Shown here: positions 1 to 10,725 of the stretch, piece after piece
How the letters are laid out: the number at the start of each line of letters is the position of its first letter
Position numbering within the stretch: the first letter of the stretch is position 1
Assembly (NCBI GenBank): GCA_016779485.1
Contig: JADHNN010000001.1
Location: 2,681-66,680 of the forward strand
Reading direction: 5' to 3'
DNA: 64,000 nucleotides
From: Gammaproteobacteria bacterium
Lineage (GTDB): Bacteria; Pseudomonadota; Gammaproteobacteria; GCA-002705445; GCA-002716945
The notes under the pieces: model-generated
Databases searched by the model: none
What the model saw: only the letters and a program-made list of their open reading frames with translations
What the model was told of the DNA's origin: nothing
Program-made: the position numbers and the translations under genes

Positions 1-92
1 ATGTTATGCCTTGTAGGGAGAAATTTTTTATCAGGATTACCTAGTCCGACAATCAATGCTGGAAGGTTATCTTCAGGGATCATGTTGAAATA

Positions 93-773
93 TTACTTAC
101 TTTCTTCTTTTTTCGGCTCAGCAGTAGCAGGATCAGCTTTATCTCCACCCTCGCTAGCTTCAGCTTCTGCTGGAGCAGCTTCGACTTGTACTTTCTCTGC
201 CTTAGGCTCATAACAACTGACTACGGGTGAATCATGTTCATCATCGACTGGTGATGCCAATACAACATTAGCCGGTATCTTAATTTCAGATAAATGCACA
301 CTATGTCCTATTTCAAGTTCAGCGATATCGACTGTGATATTCTCTGGTATATCTTTAGGCAGACAAGAAACTTCAAGCTCTGATTGAATATGAGAAATCA
401 TACCGCCGCCCATTTTAACACCAACACATGTATCTTCATTAATAAACCTAATAGGAACGTTTACAATTACTGCTTTATTTTTATCTACAGCAAAAAAGTC
501 CATGTGTGTAATGTTTGATTTTCTTGGATCTCTTTGAAGATCTTTTAAAATAACATCAATAGTCTCTTTGCCTAATGTTAATTTAATGACATTACTGTAA
601 AATCCAGAGTCTTTGACTTGTTTGGCAACTTCATTAGCGTCAAGGACTATATTACTATTTTTTATATCACCGTAGACCACAGCAGGAATACCTTTATCTC
701 TTCTAATTTTCTTAGAAGTTGCAGTACCTACGCTGTCTCTAGTTTTTGCTTGTAATATATACTCTGTGTTCAT
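93..773 (-). CDS. rplY: 50S ribosomal protein L25 / general stress protein Ctc
   Basis: 226-aa ORF with an L25/Ctc-like N-terminal domain and an acidic, Ala/Glu/Pro-rich C-terminal tail. It sits next to prs, as in many gammaproteobacteria. Confidence 0.85.
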   Translation of the reverse strand: MNTEYILQAKTRDSVGTATSKKIRRDKGIPAVVYGDIKNSNIVLDANEVAKQVKDSGFYSNVIKLTLGKETIDVILKDLQRDPRKSNITHMDFFAVDKNKAVIVNVPIRFINEDTCVGVKMGGGMISHIQSELEVSCLPKDIPENITVDIAELEIGHSVHLSEIKIPANVVLASPVDDEHDSPVVSCYEPKAEKVQVEAAPAEAEASEGGDKADPATAEPKKEESK

Positions 774-799
774 AATAATATTTTGTATGGATTATACTC

Positions 800-1753
800 T
801 TATTCTATGAAAAGTGAACTAACAGATTCTTTATTATCAATTCTTCTTAAAGTTTCTGCTAACATCTCTGCCACAGTAATCTGTCTGATTTTTTCAGTAT
901 CAATGATTTTCTTAGATAGTTTGATTGTATCTGTGACTATTATCCCATCAATTGTTGAGCTGATAATGTTTTGATCAGCTTTTCCTGAGAATATTGGATG
1001 AGTAATATATGCATACACCGATGATGCTCCTTTGTCTTTAAGTGCATCTGCGGCATGACATAATGTACCTGCCGTATCACATATATCATCTACTATAATG
1101 CAACATTTTCCCTCAACGTCCCCGATAATTTGCATAACTTCTGATACATTAGCTTCTGGTCTTCTTTTATCTACTATTGCTAAATCAGAATTAAGTTGTT
1201 TGGCAAGTGCTCTAGCTCTCACTACTCCGCCTACATCTGGCGATACTACAATTATATCTTCATAGTTTTGCTTATGAATATCTGCTAAAAATAATGGTGT
1301 AGCGTAAATATTGTCTACCGGAATATCAAAGAAACCTTGAATCTGATCAGCATGAAGATCAATTGTTAGTAGTCTTTCAACTCCCATACTCGTTAACATA
1401 TTTGCAACGACTTTTGCAGTTATTGGAACTCGCGCAGATCTCGCCCTTCTGTCTTGACGTGAATATCCAAAATATGGCAAAACAACTGATATTCTATCAA
1501 CAGATGACCTTTTTAAGGCATCTGCCATTATTAGTAATTCCATAAGATTATTATTCACAGGATCGCAGAGTGGTTGAATAATATATACATCTTGCCCTCT
1601 TACATTTTCTTCTATTTCAATTGAAATCTCGCCATCACTGAAAGTTTTGACAGAAGCTTTCCCCAGTGTCATTCCTAGATTTTTAGCTACAGATTTAGCT
1701 AATGCTTTATTTGCATTGCCGGAGAATATCATTGAAGTTCTTAAATCAACCAT
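800..1753 (-). CDS. prs: Ribose-phosphate pyrophosphokinase (PRPP synthetase)
   Basis: The [21 protein letters not shown]-terminus and PRPP-binding regions are typical of Prs. The true start is probably the internal Met at about 1732. Confidence 0.92.
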   Translation of the reverse strand: MVDLRTSMIFSGNANKALAKSVAKNLGMTLGKASVKTFSDGEISIEIEENVRGQDVYIIQPLCDPVNNNLMELLIMADALKRSSVDRISVVLPYFGYSRQDRRARSARVPITAKVVANMLTSMGVERLLTIDLHADQIQGFFDIPVDNIYATPLFLADIHKQNYEDIIVVSPDVGGVVRARALAKQLNSDLAIVDKRRPEANVSEVMQIIGDVEGKCCIIVDDICDTAGTLCHAADALKDKGASSVYAYITHPIFSGKADQNIISSTIDGIIVTDTIKLSKKIIDTEKIRQITVAEMLAETLRRIDNKESVSSLFIE

Positions 1754-1768
1754 CCAATTGTCCTGAAA

Positions 1769-1840
1769 CTGGGGTGGAAGGATTCGAACCTCCGAATGAC
1801 GGGATCAAAACCCGCTGCCTTACCGCTTGGCTACACCCCA
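1769..1840 (-). tRNA. tRNA-Gln (anticodon TTG)
   Basis: The reverse complement folds as a 72-nt cloverleaf. It has a TGGGGTG/CACCCCA acceptor stem, a TTTTGAT anticodon loop with anticodon TTG, and a GGAGG-TTCGAAT-CCTTC T-arm. It lies between prs and ispE, and CCA is not encoded. Confidence 0.85.
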
Positions 1841-1845
1841 AATTA

Positions 1846-2670
1846 TTAAGAAAAAACATCATATGATTTTAGACTACTCACCATTAATGACTTGTATTTT
1901 CGTCCAATTTCCCTATTGGCCTTTTCTGCACTTTCGTAATTATCATACTCAATGTATAGCGTGCTTCCTGTACCGGACATTCTAACTCTACCAAACGAGG
2001 AAAGCCAATATTTTGTCTCTTTTAGAGTAGGATATTTAGACATAACCAGATTTTCAAGACAGTTATGTTGAGACTTTAGCAAATCAATATTTTTGACTGT
2101 ATTCACGTAGCAGTCAGAGCGTAAATTTTCAAATACATCTTTTGTATGAATCAGTAAGTCTGAAATGACAATAATATAAAATTTCTCATTTCGATCAATT
2201 TTCTCTATTATTTCTCCTTTACCTCTTACAATCGCCGAACCGCCATTGATAAAAAAAGGCACATCAGAACCAATCTTTTGAGCGATTTCCATTAACTTCT
2301 TTGAGGAAATATTGAGTTTAAAAAGTGAATTTAATGCATGAAGCGTAACCGCGGCATTAGAGCTTCCTCCGCCTAAACCAGCTCCAATGGGAATATTTTT
2401 TTTCAATAGAATATCTATACCAGTTATCTTGTAATTATCGGAAATTTCTTTATATGTTTTAGTTATTAAATTATCAGATGGATTAATTTTTTTTGAATCA
2501 GACGTAAATCTTATGCTATTAGCATTATTTTGTTTAAATGATAATTCGTCATATAAATTAATTGTTTCAAATATGCTCTCTATCTCATGATAACCGTCAT
2601 TTCTTTTGTTTGTAACATGCAGGCATAGGTTAAGCTTAGCAAAAGACCTACATTTTAATTGCTGATACAT
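1846..2670 (-). CDS. ispE: 4-diphosphocytidyl-2-C-methyl-D-erythritol kinase
   Basis: GHMP-kinase motif PIGAGLGGGSSNAA is present. The gene sits in the conserved (lolB)-ispE-prs position divergent from hemA. Confidence 0.9.
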   Translation of the reverse strand: MYQQLKCRSFAKLNLCLHVTNKRNDGYHEIESIFETINLYDELSFKQNNANSIRFTSDSKKINPSDNLITKTYKEISDNYKITGIDILLKKNIPIGAGLGGGSSNAAVTLHALNSLFKLNISSKKLMEIAQKIGSDVPFFINGGSAIVRGKGEIIEKIDRNEKFYIIVISDLLIHTKDVFENLRSDCYVNTVKNIDLLKSQHNCLENLVMSKYPTLKETKYWLSSFGRVRMSGTGSTLYIEYDNYESAEKANREIGRKYKSLMVSSLKSYDVFS

Positions 2671-4360
2671 TTTGATTGCTATTTAATAGTTCAAGTAATT
2701 GTTTATTATTTGGATTATTCATTAAAGATTCCTTAAGTATTGCCTCTGCCTTTTTAACTCGATTCATTTTCAATAAGATTTTATAATAATGTTCAACTAT
2801 TTCTGGATCTTGATCTTTAGAATATGCAAGTGAAGAATATTCATATGCTGTTTCATAAGAGCCATTTAGATATAAAATCCATGCAAGACTATCAATTATA
2901 GCTGGGTTTCCTGGATCTATATCCATCGCTCTTTTAATTAAGGTTTCAGCTTTATCAAGCTGTTCATTGTTAATTGACAAACTGTAGCCATATGCATTCA
3001 AAGCAATAGAATTATATGGATCAAGTTCAATCATTTTTTCAAAATCTTTACTCATATTTAAAATATTTCCTTTTTTCTCATATGCGATAGCTCTTGCGTA
3101 TAGCGTCCTTGTATTATCAGGGAAATCCACCAGTATTTTATTGGAAACATCAATAATATTATCTATTTTCTTAGCCTCCTCATAAATTGACAATTTTAAT
3201 GACAGCAATCTGAGAAGATCAGTCTCATTTTTTACATCTATTTCATTTTCAATGAATAATAAAGCTTTTTCGATACCATATTTTTTATACAATGCTTTCG
3301 AAGCATTTAAAATCTTAGTATTGATAAATGTGCCCTGTTGAATTTTATCATAATGAAGTAATGCCTCTTCATATCTGCCTTTTTCATAGTCAATTTGACC
3401 AAGGAAAAAATTGATATTATCCGAAGCATATGAATGTGCTAGAAGTATATTGAAATATTTTTCAGATAAATTGAAATTTTTGTTATCGAAACACAACAAT
3501 GCAACTCTAAAAATAAAATCATTGTCTGAATAATCTATATTCACAAGCTTATCTGCAAGTAATTTTGACTTATCATGTTTATTGGCCTTTAAATATAAAC
3601 CTAATAATTCAAATGATACTTCCCTGTCGGTAACTAGTGAATTTTCAAGATAACTTTCTAAATTTTGAATCGCCATATTTGATTTATTTAATTTTGATAG
3701 TGACTTAGAGTATTTTCTCGTTGTAATTCTATCTTTTTTTATTTTTCCATTTTTAAAATATAAGACTGCAAGTTCATCAAGATTATTTTTTTGTAGTAAA
3801 TCTATATATGATAACAATAGTGTTTGATTATCATAACGAGAGAGATTATTTTCAAAGTACTTAATCACATTCATCTTGATTATGTTTCTTGATAGAATAG
3901 TTTCAATATCTATATATGATTTTTGATTTTTTTCTAGATACTCATTATACAAAAAGTTGAAATGTTTATTTGCTAAATCAAATTTACCAAGTTCAATATA
4001 AATTGAAAATGCAATCTTGTGTGCATGAATATCTTTATCATCTATTTCCAGCCATTTATTTACAATTTTTATAACAGCCTCAAATTGTCTTAAATCTCTT
4101 GCATTATTAATCATATTAATAAAATCATTTTGATTGCTGAAGAAACGTATATTCGATGAAAAAATATCTATGGCATCACTTACTCTGCCTTTGTGTAACA
4201 GGAGTTCTGTAGTAATTTTATAATAAATAGACTTATATTTATCACCTGAACCTTGGTAAGAAATTTCTTTTAATTTTGGTACTTGTTCATTATCGACGGA
4301 GGAACTACAAGAGAACAGAAATAGTAGGGAAATTATGGCTACAAATTTTGAATTTATCAT
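2648..4360 (-). CDS. TPR-repeat lipoprotein
   Basis: The ORF has many TPR-like repeats. The ORF-track start at 4558 overlaps hemA. The likely true start is the MINSKFVAIISLLFLFSCSS signal peptide with an LFSC lipobox, at 4360. It is the positional homolog of the TPR protein upstream of lolB in Pseudomonas. Confidence 0.7.
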   Translation of the reverse strand: MINSKFVAIISLLFLFSCSSSVDNEQVPKLKEISYQGSGDKYKSIYYKITTELLLHKGRVSDAIDIFSSNIRFFSNQNDFINMINNARDLRQFEAVIKIVNKWLEIDDKDIHAHKIAFSIYIELGKFDLANKHFNFLYNEYLEKNQKSYIDIETILSRNIIKMNVIKYFENNLSRYDNQTLLLSYIDLLQKNNLDELAVLYFKNGKIKKDRITTRKYSKSLSKLNKSNMAIQNLESYLENSLVTDREVSFELLGLYLKANKHDKSKLLADKLVNIDYSDNDFIFRVALLCFDNKNFNLSEKYFNILLAHSYASDNINFFLGQIDYEKGRYEEALLHYDKIQQGTFINTKILNASKALYKKYGIEKALLFIENEIDVKNETDLLRLLSLKLSIYEEAKKIDNIIDVSNKILVDFPDNTRTLYARAIAYEKKGNILNMSKDFEKMIELDPYNSIALNAYGYSLSINNEQLDKAETLIKRAMDIDPGNPAIIDSLAWILYLNGSYETAYEYSSLAYSKDQDPEIVEHYYKILLKMNRVKKAEAILKESLMNNPNNKQLLELLNSNQNVSAIKM

Positions 4361-4406
4361 CATAAATGTATAATAGCACATGCTATTATGTAAATAGGAA
4401 ACATAA

Positions 4407-5648
4407 ATGACCATATCAGTTATAGGGCTTAACCATAAATCTGCAAGTATAGGTATAAGGGAGAAATTTTCTTTTAGTGGTGATGCGTCCTCTTTGTTGT
4501 TAAGAAGGATAAAAAAATTATCTAAAATTAATGAAGTTATTATTGTTTCAACATGCAATAGAACTGAGATCTATGCTGATAGTATAAACGGCACTAGTGA
4601 CATAAAAGATTGGCTACTATCTGAAAAAGAATTCCACCCTTTTGTAAATCATATGTACAGTCATCAAGAAGAAGATGCAATAAGACACTTATTTAAAGTT
4701 GTATCAGGTTTGGACTCGATGGTAGTTGGAGAAAGTGAAGTATTGGGTCAAGTAAAAAATTCATACAAGAATGCCTTAGAAAATAAAACTATTGAAGGCA
4801 AATTAAAAAGACTTTTTGAGTACTCGTTTTCTGTTGCTAAAAATGTCCGCACTAATACAGATATAGGTGGAAACGCTATATCATTTATGTACACGTCAAT
4901 ACTGCTTATCAAAAAAATATTATCAGATATCGAAGAGAAAAAATGTCTATTAATAGGTGCAGGTGAGATGACAGAACTTGCCCTTAAATACCTAAAGTCA
5001 AATAATGTGAACAATATAACTATATCTAATAGAAAAGAGGAAAACGGAAAAAAATTAGCTTCTGATAATGAATGTAGATATTCCCATTTGAATAACTTAT
5101 CTAATATCATCCATGAATTTGACATTATAATTACATCTACATCTAGCTCTCTACCCTTAATCGGAAAAGGCAATATAGAAAGTGCACTTGATAAAAGAAA
5201 TAATGAATCTGTAGTAATAATAGATTTAGGAGTACCTAGGGATGTCGAATCGCAAATAAAAAACTTGGATAATGTCTATCTATACACTATTGATGATTTA
5301 GGAGAAATAATTGAAAGGAATTATAGAATAAGAGAAAAATCTATCAAAGAAGCGGAAGAAATTATTAAATTCAAAATTGTTGAATATAAAAACTGGCTAT
5401 CAGAAAATAATAGTGCAGAAATTATAAAAAATTATAGAGAATATGTGGATGATATTACAAATGGAATCGTAATAAAGGCAAAAAAAATGTCAAAGAATGG
5501 CGAAGATACGGAATCTATAATAGATTATGTATCGGAATCACTAAAAAATAAATTAGCTCACGATACTACAACTAAATTAAAAGAGCTCTACCCAAATCTT
5601 GATGAAGATAAAGTTCGCAAACTAAACGATATATTCAAAGAAAACTAA
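4407..5648 (+). CDS. hemA: Glutamyl-tRNA reductase
   Basis: The N-terminus ISVIGLNHKSASIGIREK, the STCNRTEIY active-site Cys region and a GAGEM NADPH-binding motif are present. The hemA-prfA-prmC order is conserved. Confidence 0.92.
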   Translation: MTISVIGLNHKSASIGIREKFSFSGDASSLLLRRIKKLSKINEVIIVSTCNRTEIYADSINGTSDIKDWLLSEKEFHPFVNHMYSHQEEDAIRHLFKVVSGLDSMVVGESEVLGQVKNSYKNALENKTIEGKLKRLFEYSFSVAKNVRTNTDIGGNAISFMYTSILLIKKILSDIEEKKCLLIGAGEMTELALKYLKSNNVNNITISNRKEENGKKLASDNECRYSHLNNLSNIIHEFDIIITSTSSSLPLIGKGNIESALDKRNNESVVIIDLGVPRDVESQIKNLDNVYLYTIDDLGEIIERNYRIREKSIKEAEEIIKFKIVEYKNWLSENNSAEIIKNYREYVDDITNGIVIKAKKMSKNGEDTESIIDYVSESLKNKLAHDTTTKLKELYPNLDEDKVRKLNDIFKEN

Positions 5649-6706
5649 TGAATCAAGACCTACGAGCTAAACTAGAGGGTCATCTCTCTAGTTATCAAGA
5701 TATCACCAGAAAATTGAGTTCACCTGAAGTTTATTCAGACAGAAATTTAATGAAAAGTTTAAATCAAGAATTAACTAAACTTGAGCCAGGTGTAAAATTA
5801 TTTCAAAAATATATGGATATTGAAAATTTGATTCTTGATACAAAGAGTTTACTTGAAGATGAAGATAAAGAAATGAGACTTATAGCAGAGCAAGAACTTA
5901 ATTCTTATGAGAAAGATTTAAAAGAAACTGAAGAAAAAATTATAGAAGCCACAGTTGAAAAAGATCCAAATGATTCAAGAGATATATATATGGAAATAAG
6001 AGCTGGCACTGGCGGAGAAGAAGCTGCGATATTTGCAGGAGACTTATATAAAATGTACTCAAAATATTCTGAAAAGAATAAATGGATGGTAGAAATAATC
6101 AATAGTAATGTAAGTGATCATGGCGGTTTCAAAGAAATAGTTTTTAAAATATCTGGTTCAGATGTTTATAGTAATTTGAAATTTGAATCTGGAACACATA
6201 GGGTTCAAAGAGTACCTAATACAGAAACGCAAGGTAGAGTTCACACCTCTGCATCCACTGTTGCGGTTTTGCCTATAATAGAGCAAGTTAATGACATAGA
6301 AATCAATCCGGCAGACTTAAGAATAGATACCTATAGAGCCTCAGGTGCAGGTGGGCAACATGTTAATAAAACTGATTCTGCCGTAAGAATAACCCACATA
6401 CCAACAGGCATTGTCTCGGAATGTCAGGATGATCGTTCACAACATAAAAATAGAGCAAAGGCAATGGAATACTTACACTCTAGACTTTTATCTGCAGAAC
6501 AAGAAAAACAAAAAAAAAATACGGATGAAAGTAGAAAAAAACAAGTTGGCTCAGGTGATAGGTCAGAACGAATAAGAACATATAACTTTCCTCAAGGTAG
6601 AGTTACCGACCACAGAATCAACTTAACTCTTTATAAACTTGAACAACTTATTGAAGGTGATATAGAACCTTTAATAGATGCATTAAAAGAAGAATCAAGA
6701 AAGTAA
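5648..6706 (+). CDS. prfA: Peptide chain release factor 1
   Basis: GGQHVNKTDSAVRITHIPTG (the GGQ motif) and a PxT-type recognition region are present. Confidence 0.95.
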   Translation: MNQDLRAKLEGHLSSYQDITRKLSSPEVYSDRNLMKSLNQELTKLEPGVKLFQKYMDIENLILDTKSLLEDEDKEMRLIAEQELNSYEKDLKETEEKIIEATVEKDPNDSRDIYMEIRAGTGGEEAAIFAGDLYKMYSKYSEKNKWMVEIINSNVSDHGGFKEIVFKISGSDVYSNLKFESGTHRVQRVPNTETQGRVHTSASTVAVLPIIEQVNDIEINPADLRIDTYRASGAGGQHVNKTDSAVRITHIPTGIVSECQDDRSQHKNRAKAMEYLHSRLLSAEQEKQKKNTDESRKKQVGSGDRSERIRTYNFPQGRVTDHRINLTLYKLEQLIEGDIEPLIDALKEESRK

Positions 6707-7569
6707 TGACGATATTGCAAGCTATAAAAGAAGCTGCACATTTCCTTGAGAAAAAAACAGCCCTTTCCAAAGAAGAATGTAAAATTGAAGCTGATTATAT
6801 ATTTATGCATATCCTAAAAACATGTAAATCAAAATTATATACTATACTTGATGAAAAAATATCAGAAACAAAGACTGAAAAAATTAATGCTATTCTTCAA
6901 TTAAGATTAAAAAAACCTTTATCTCAGATACTAAACAAACATCTATTTTATAATGATGAGTTTTACATTAATGATAAAGTTCTTATTCCAAGACCAGAGA
7001 CCGAATCATTTATAGATGAAATTCTGAGACAGGGTGACTTGTTCTACAAGGAGAAAAATAGATGTGTACTATTAGACGCTGGTACTGGCTCTGGCTGTGT
7101 GGGTATTACAATCGCAAACGAAAGGTCAGATTGGCAGGTAATAATGTCAGATATTAGTATGGATGCAATAAAAGTTGCAAAAAGAAATGTATTATTAAGC
7201 AAATATAACAACGTCAGTGTAATCTGCTCAGACTGGCTCAAACCATTTGCTTATGATAGTTTAGATATAATTTTCAGTAACCCTCCTTATATCTCGACAA
7301 ATGATTTACAAATTGATAAGTCAGTATTAGATAATGAGCCATCAATAGCATTATTTTCAACTGAAGACGGTCTCGGAGATATAAAAAAAATAATTCGTAA
7401 TGCAAAAAAGACACTCTCACACTCAGGAATGCTTTTTTTAGAAAATGGATGTTCTCAGTCATTAACTGTTAAATCTATATTAGAATCTGAGGATTTTACA
7501 GACATAAGGGTGCACTTAGACTATAATAAGTGCGGAAGATTTACATCATCTAAAAACAAAAATGGATAA
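6706..7569 (+). CDS. prmC: Release factor glutamine N5-methyltransferase
   Basis: The SAM-binding motif LDAGTGSGCVG and the NPPY motif (IFSNPPYI) are present. The gene follows prfA. Confidence 0.9.
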   Translation: MTILQAIKEAAHFLEKKTALSKEECKIEADYIFMHILKTCKSKLYTILDEKISETKTEKINAILQLRLKKPLSQILNKHLFYNDEFYINDKVLIPRPETESFIDEILRQGDLFYKEKNRCVLLDAGTGSGCVGITIANERSDWQVIMSDISMDAIKVAKRNVLLSKYNNVSVICSDWLKPFAYDSLDIIFSNPPYISTNDLQIDKSVLDNEPSIALFSTEDGLGDIKKIIRNAKKTLSHSGMLFLENGCSQSLTVKSILESEDFTDIRVHLDYNKCGRFTSSKNKNG

Positions 7570-7843
7570 AAAAACTATTGATAAATTAACATTTCTATCA
7601 AAACTCAGTATTCCTGAGAGTGATATTGATGAGCTATCCACAAATTTAAACAATATACTCAAGCTAATTGGAGAAATCGATGCAGCACCTACAGATGGTA
7701 TGACACCTATGGCACATCCTTTAGCTTTTAGTCAACCATTAAGAGATGATGTCTCCAAGAAAGATATAAATAGAAAAGAAAATCAACATGACGTGTCCAA
7801 GACAAAAGATGGATATTATATCGTTCCAAAAATATTAGATTGA
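7562..7843 (+). CDS. gatC: Asp/Glu-tRNA amidotransferase subunit C
   Basis: A 93-aa GatC-like protein that sits immediately upstream of gatA. Confidence 0.85.
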   Translation: MDKKTIDKLTFLSKLSIPESDIDELSTNLNNILKLIGEIDAAPTDGMTPMAHPLAFSQPLRDDVSKKDINRKENQHDVSKTKDGYYIVPKILD

Positions 7844-7844
7844 T

Positions 7845-9293
7845 ATGCAATACAAATCTGTAATAGAAATCTTAGGCGCAATCAAAAAGAAAGATATAAG
7901 TTCTTCAGAATTGACTAGATATTATCTAAACCAAATTAAAGAAAAAGATGCTGATCTCAACTGTTTTATAACAGTTACAGAAGAAGCAGCAATTAGCAAA
8001 GCGCAAGAAATTGATAATGAAATTTCAAAAGGAGTTATTAAGCCTCTATCTGGACTACCAATAGCACAAAAAGATATTTTTTGTACGAAAGGTATAAAAA
8101 CTTCGTGTGGATCTAAAATGCTTGATAACTTTATTAGTCCTTATGATGCAACAGTAATTGAGAAACTTAATAATGCGGGTACTATCATGCTTGGCAAAAC
8201 TAATATGGATGAATTTGCTATGGGATCTTCGAATGAAACTAGCTTCTATGGTCCTGTTAAAAATCCATGGGATAAAGATTATGTTCCTGGCGGCTCATCA
8301 GGTGGATCAGCATCTGCTGTCGCAGCAAGAATAGTACCGTGCTCAACAGGTACAGATACTGGAGGATCAATAAGACAGCCAGCATCGTTGTGTGGAATAT
8401 GCGGCCTAAAACCAACCTATGGAAGAGTATCGAGATATGGCATGATTGCATTTGCATCAAGCCTTGATCAAGCGGGTCTTTTTACAACAGATGCACTAGA
8501 TGCAGCTGTTCTTTTGAAAGAAATTTCTGGGCATGATCCAAAAGACTCTACAAGCTCTAACGTCGATGTTCCAGACTATTATAACTACTGTATCAATAAT
8601 GATAAAAAAGCATTCACCATTGGCATACCTGATGAATTTATCAATGATCTTAATGAGGATGTAAAAAAATCATTTTATGATGCAGTAAAAATTTTAGAAG
8701 GAATTGGATGTAAAATAAAAAAAATTAAGCTTGAGCATACAGGACTAGGAGTGTCTGCTTATCAAGTTGTAGCCCCAGCAGAGTGTTCATCAAATTTATC
8801 TAGATTTGACGGTGTTAGGTTTGGCCATCGATCAGATAAAGCATCTACGCTAGAAGAATTATATAGAGAATCAAGGTCAGAAGGTTTTGGAAAAGAAGTT
8901 AAAAGAAGAATACTTGTAGGAACTTATGCGCTGTCAGCTGGGTACTATGATGCATATTATTTAAAAGCTCAAAAGGTCAGAAATCTGATAACTCAAGATT
9001 TCAATAACGCTTTCAATGACGTTGATCTTATATTAGGACCCACAACGCCAGATAAAGCATTCAAAATTGGAGAAAAAATGAATGACCCAATAGCTATGTA
9101 TTTGTCTGATGTATATACTGTAAGTACGAATTTAGCTGGTCTTCCAGCTATGTCTATACCTATGGGATTTAAAGATAAATTGCCATTAGGTCTACAAATT
9201 ATTGGTAATCATTTTGATGAAAAAAATATATTAAAGTTATGCCACTTATATCAAAAAGAGACAGACTGGCATATTCAGGAGCCTAATTGTTAA
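7845..9293 (+). CDS. gatA: Asp/Glu-tRNA amidotransferase subunit A
   Basis: The amidase signature [13 protein letters not shown] and the Ser-cisSer-Lys context are present. Confidence 0.95.
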   Translation: MQYKSVIEILGAIKKKDISSSELTRYYLNQIKEKDADLNCFITVTEEAAISKAQEIDNEISKGVIKPLSGLPIAQKDIFCTKGIKTSCGSKMLDNFISPYDATVIEKLNNAGTIMLGKTNMDEFAMGSSNETSFYGPVKNPWDKDYVPGGSSGGSASAVAARIVPCSTGTDTGGSIRQPASLCGICGLKPTYGRVSRYGMIAFASSLDQAGLFTTDALDAAVLLKEISGHDPKDSTSSNVDVPDYYNYCINNDKKAFTIGIPDEFINDLNEDVKKSFYDAVKILEGIGCKIKKIKLEHTGLGVSAYQVVAPAECSSNLSRFDGVRFGHRSDKASTLEELYRESRSEGFGKEVKRRILVGTYALSAGYYDAYYLKAQKVRNLITQDFNNAFNDVDLILGPTTPDKAFKIGEKMNDPIAMYLSDVYTVSTNLAGLPAMSIPMGFKDKLPLGLQIIGNHFDEKNILKLCHLYQKETDWHIQEPNC

Positions 9294-9294
9294 T

Positions 9295-10725
9295 ATGTGG
9301 GAGACTGTAATAGGTTTAGAGATACATGTACAGCTAGCAACTAATAGCAAACTGTTCTCATCGTCACCGACTAATTTTGGCGCTGAACAAAATACGCAAG
9401 CATCAGTTATTGACCTTGCTATGCCCGGCGTGCTGCCAGTGCTTAACAGAAAAGCCATAGATATGGCTATAATGTTCGGATTATCTGTCGATGCTAAAAT
9501 TGCCGATAAATCAATTTTTGCTCGCAAAAATTACTTCTATCCAGATTTACCAAAAGGGTATCAAATTTCTCAGTATGAACATCCCGTTGTGCATGATGGC
9601 AAATTAAGTATTAATGTTGATGGTAATGAAAAAATTATAGGAATAACAAGGGCGCATTTAGAAGAGGATGCTGGTAAATCCATACATGACCTTTTTGATG
9701 GGAAAAGTGCTATTGATTTGAACAGAGCAGGAACTCCATTAATTGAGATAGTATCTGAGCCAGACATGCGGTCTTCCAAAGAAGCTGTTGCATATCTGAA
9801 GAAAATACACTCTATAGTAAGATGTCTAGGCATCAGTGATGGAAATATGGAGGAAGGGTCATTCAGATGTGATGCCAATATATCGATAAGAAAACCAGGC
9901 GAAGAATTTGGAACTAGAGCAGAAATAAAAAATATTAATTCCTTTAAATTTGTAGAAAGTGCAATTAATTACGAGGTAGAGAGACAACAAGACATACTAG
10001 AATCTGGTGGCATCGTAGAGCAGGAAACAAGATTATTTGATCCGAAGAAAAATGAAACGAGACCAATGAGGTCAAAAGAAGAGGCTAATGATTACAGATA
10101 TTTTCCTGACCCGGATTTATTGCCAGTATCTATTACTGAGGATGAAATATCAGTTATAAAACAATATTTACCAGAACTGCCTGACGTTAAAAGAGAAAGG
10201 TTTATTAAAGAATATACTCTAAAAAATGATGATGCTGAAATTTTATCATCCTCCTCAGAATTATCTGATTACTTTGAACAGGCTGCAAAAACTTCAACTT
10301 CAGAAATTCAACTTTTAGCTAATTTTATTCTAAGCGAAGTAATCGGGTTATGTAATAAAAATAATTTAGATATTTCACAAGCTACTGTAAGTCCTGAGGA
10401 TATAGCTAAACTTAATAATTATATAGGTGATGGAAAAATATCTATGAAACAAGCAAAAGAGGTTCTATCTGAGTCATGGGAAAGTTCGGTCTCTGTGGAT
10501 CAAATTATAAAAAAGAATAATATTGAACAGATATCAAACCCAGATTTACTTACGAATGTTGTAAAGAAAATACTAGAAATACATCCCAAAGAAGTTCAAG
10601 ATTACAAGAATGGTAAAGAAAAGTTAATGAGTTTTTTCGTTGGACAAATTATGAAAGAAACACATGGTAAAGCAAATCCAAAAATCATTAACCAAGTTTT
10701 AATTAAATTATTGAAAGGAGTCTAG
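9295..10725 (+). CDS. gatB: Asp/Glu-tRNA amidotransferase subunit B
   Basis: The N-terminus MWETVIGLEIHVQL and the GatB/YqeY C-terminal domain are typical of GatB. Confidence 0.95.
   Translation: MWETVIGLEIHVQLATNSKLFSSSPTNFGAEQNTQASVIDLAMPGVLPVLNRKAIDMAIMFGLSVDAKIADKSIFARKNYFYPDLPKGYQISQYEHPVVHDGKLSINVDGNEKIIGITRAHLEEDAGKSIHDLFDGKSAIDLNRAGTPLIEIVSEPDMRSSKEAVAYLKKIHSIVRCLGISDGNMEEGSFRCDANISIRKPGEEFGTRAEIKNINSFKFVESAINYEVERQQDILESGGIVEQETRLFDPKKNETRPMRSKEEANDYRYFPDPDLLPVSITEDEISVIKQYLPELPDVKRERFIKEYTLKNDDAEILSSSSELSDYFEQAAKTSTSEIQLLANFILSEVIGLCNKNNLDISQATVSPEDIAKLNNYIGDGKISMKQAKEVLSESWESSVSVDQIIKKNNIEQISNPDLLTNVVKKILEIHPKEVQDYKNGKEKLMSFFVGQIMKETHGKANPKIINQVLIKLLKGV

Noticed and set aside
4361-4558. 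N-terminal extension of the TPR ORF (MHVETIITSL...) overlapping the hemA start
   Set aside because: A lipoprotein signal peptide with a lipobox (MINSKFVAIISLLFLFSCSS) begins at 4360. The upstream extension overlaps hemA and lacks signal features, so it is most likely a spurious ORF extension.
4748-5173. Multiple antisense ORFs of 60 to 140 aa inside hemA, groEL, gatA, aprA, thiC and other genes
   Set aside because: They are low-complexity, Ile/Leu/Phe/Ser-rich shadows on the opposite strand of confidently identified genes. Examples are 4748-5173, 32269-32631, 33314-33616, 51564-51767 and 17090-17293. Such ORFs are expected in AT-rich DNA.
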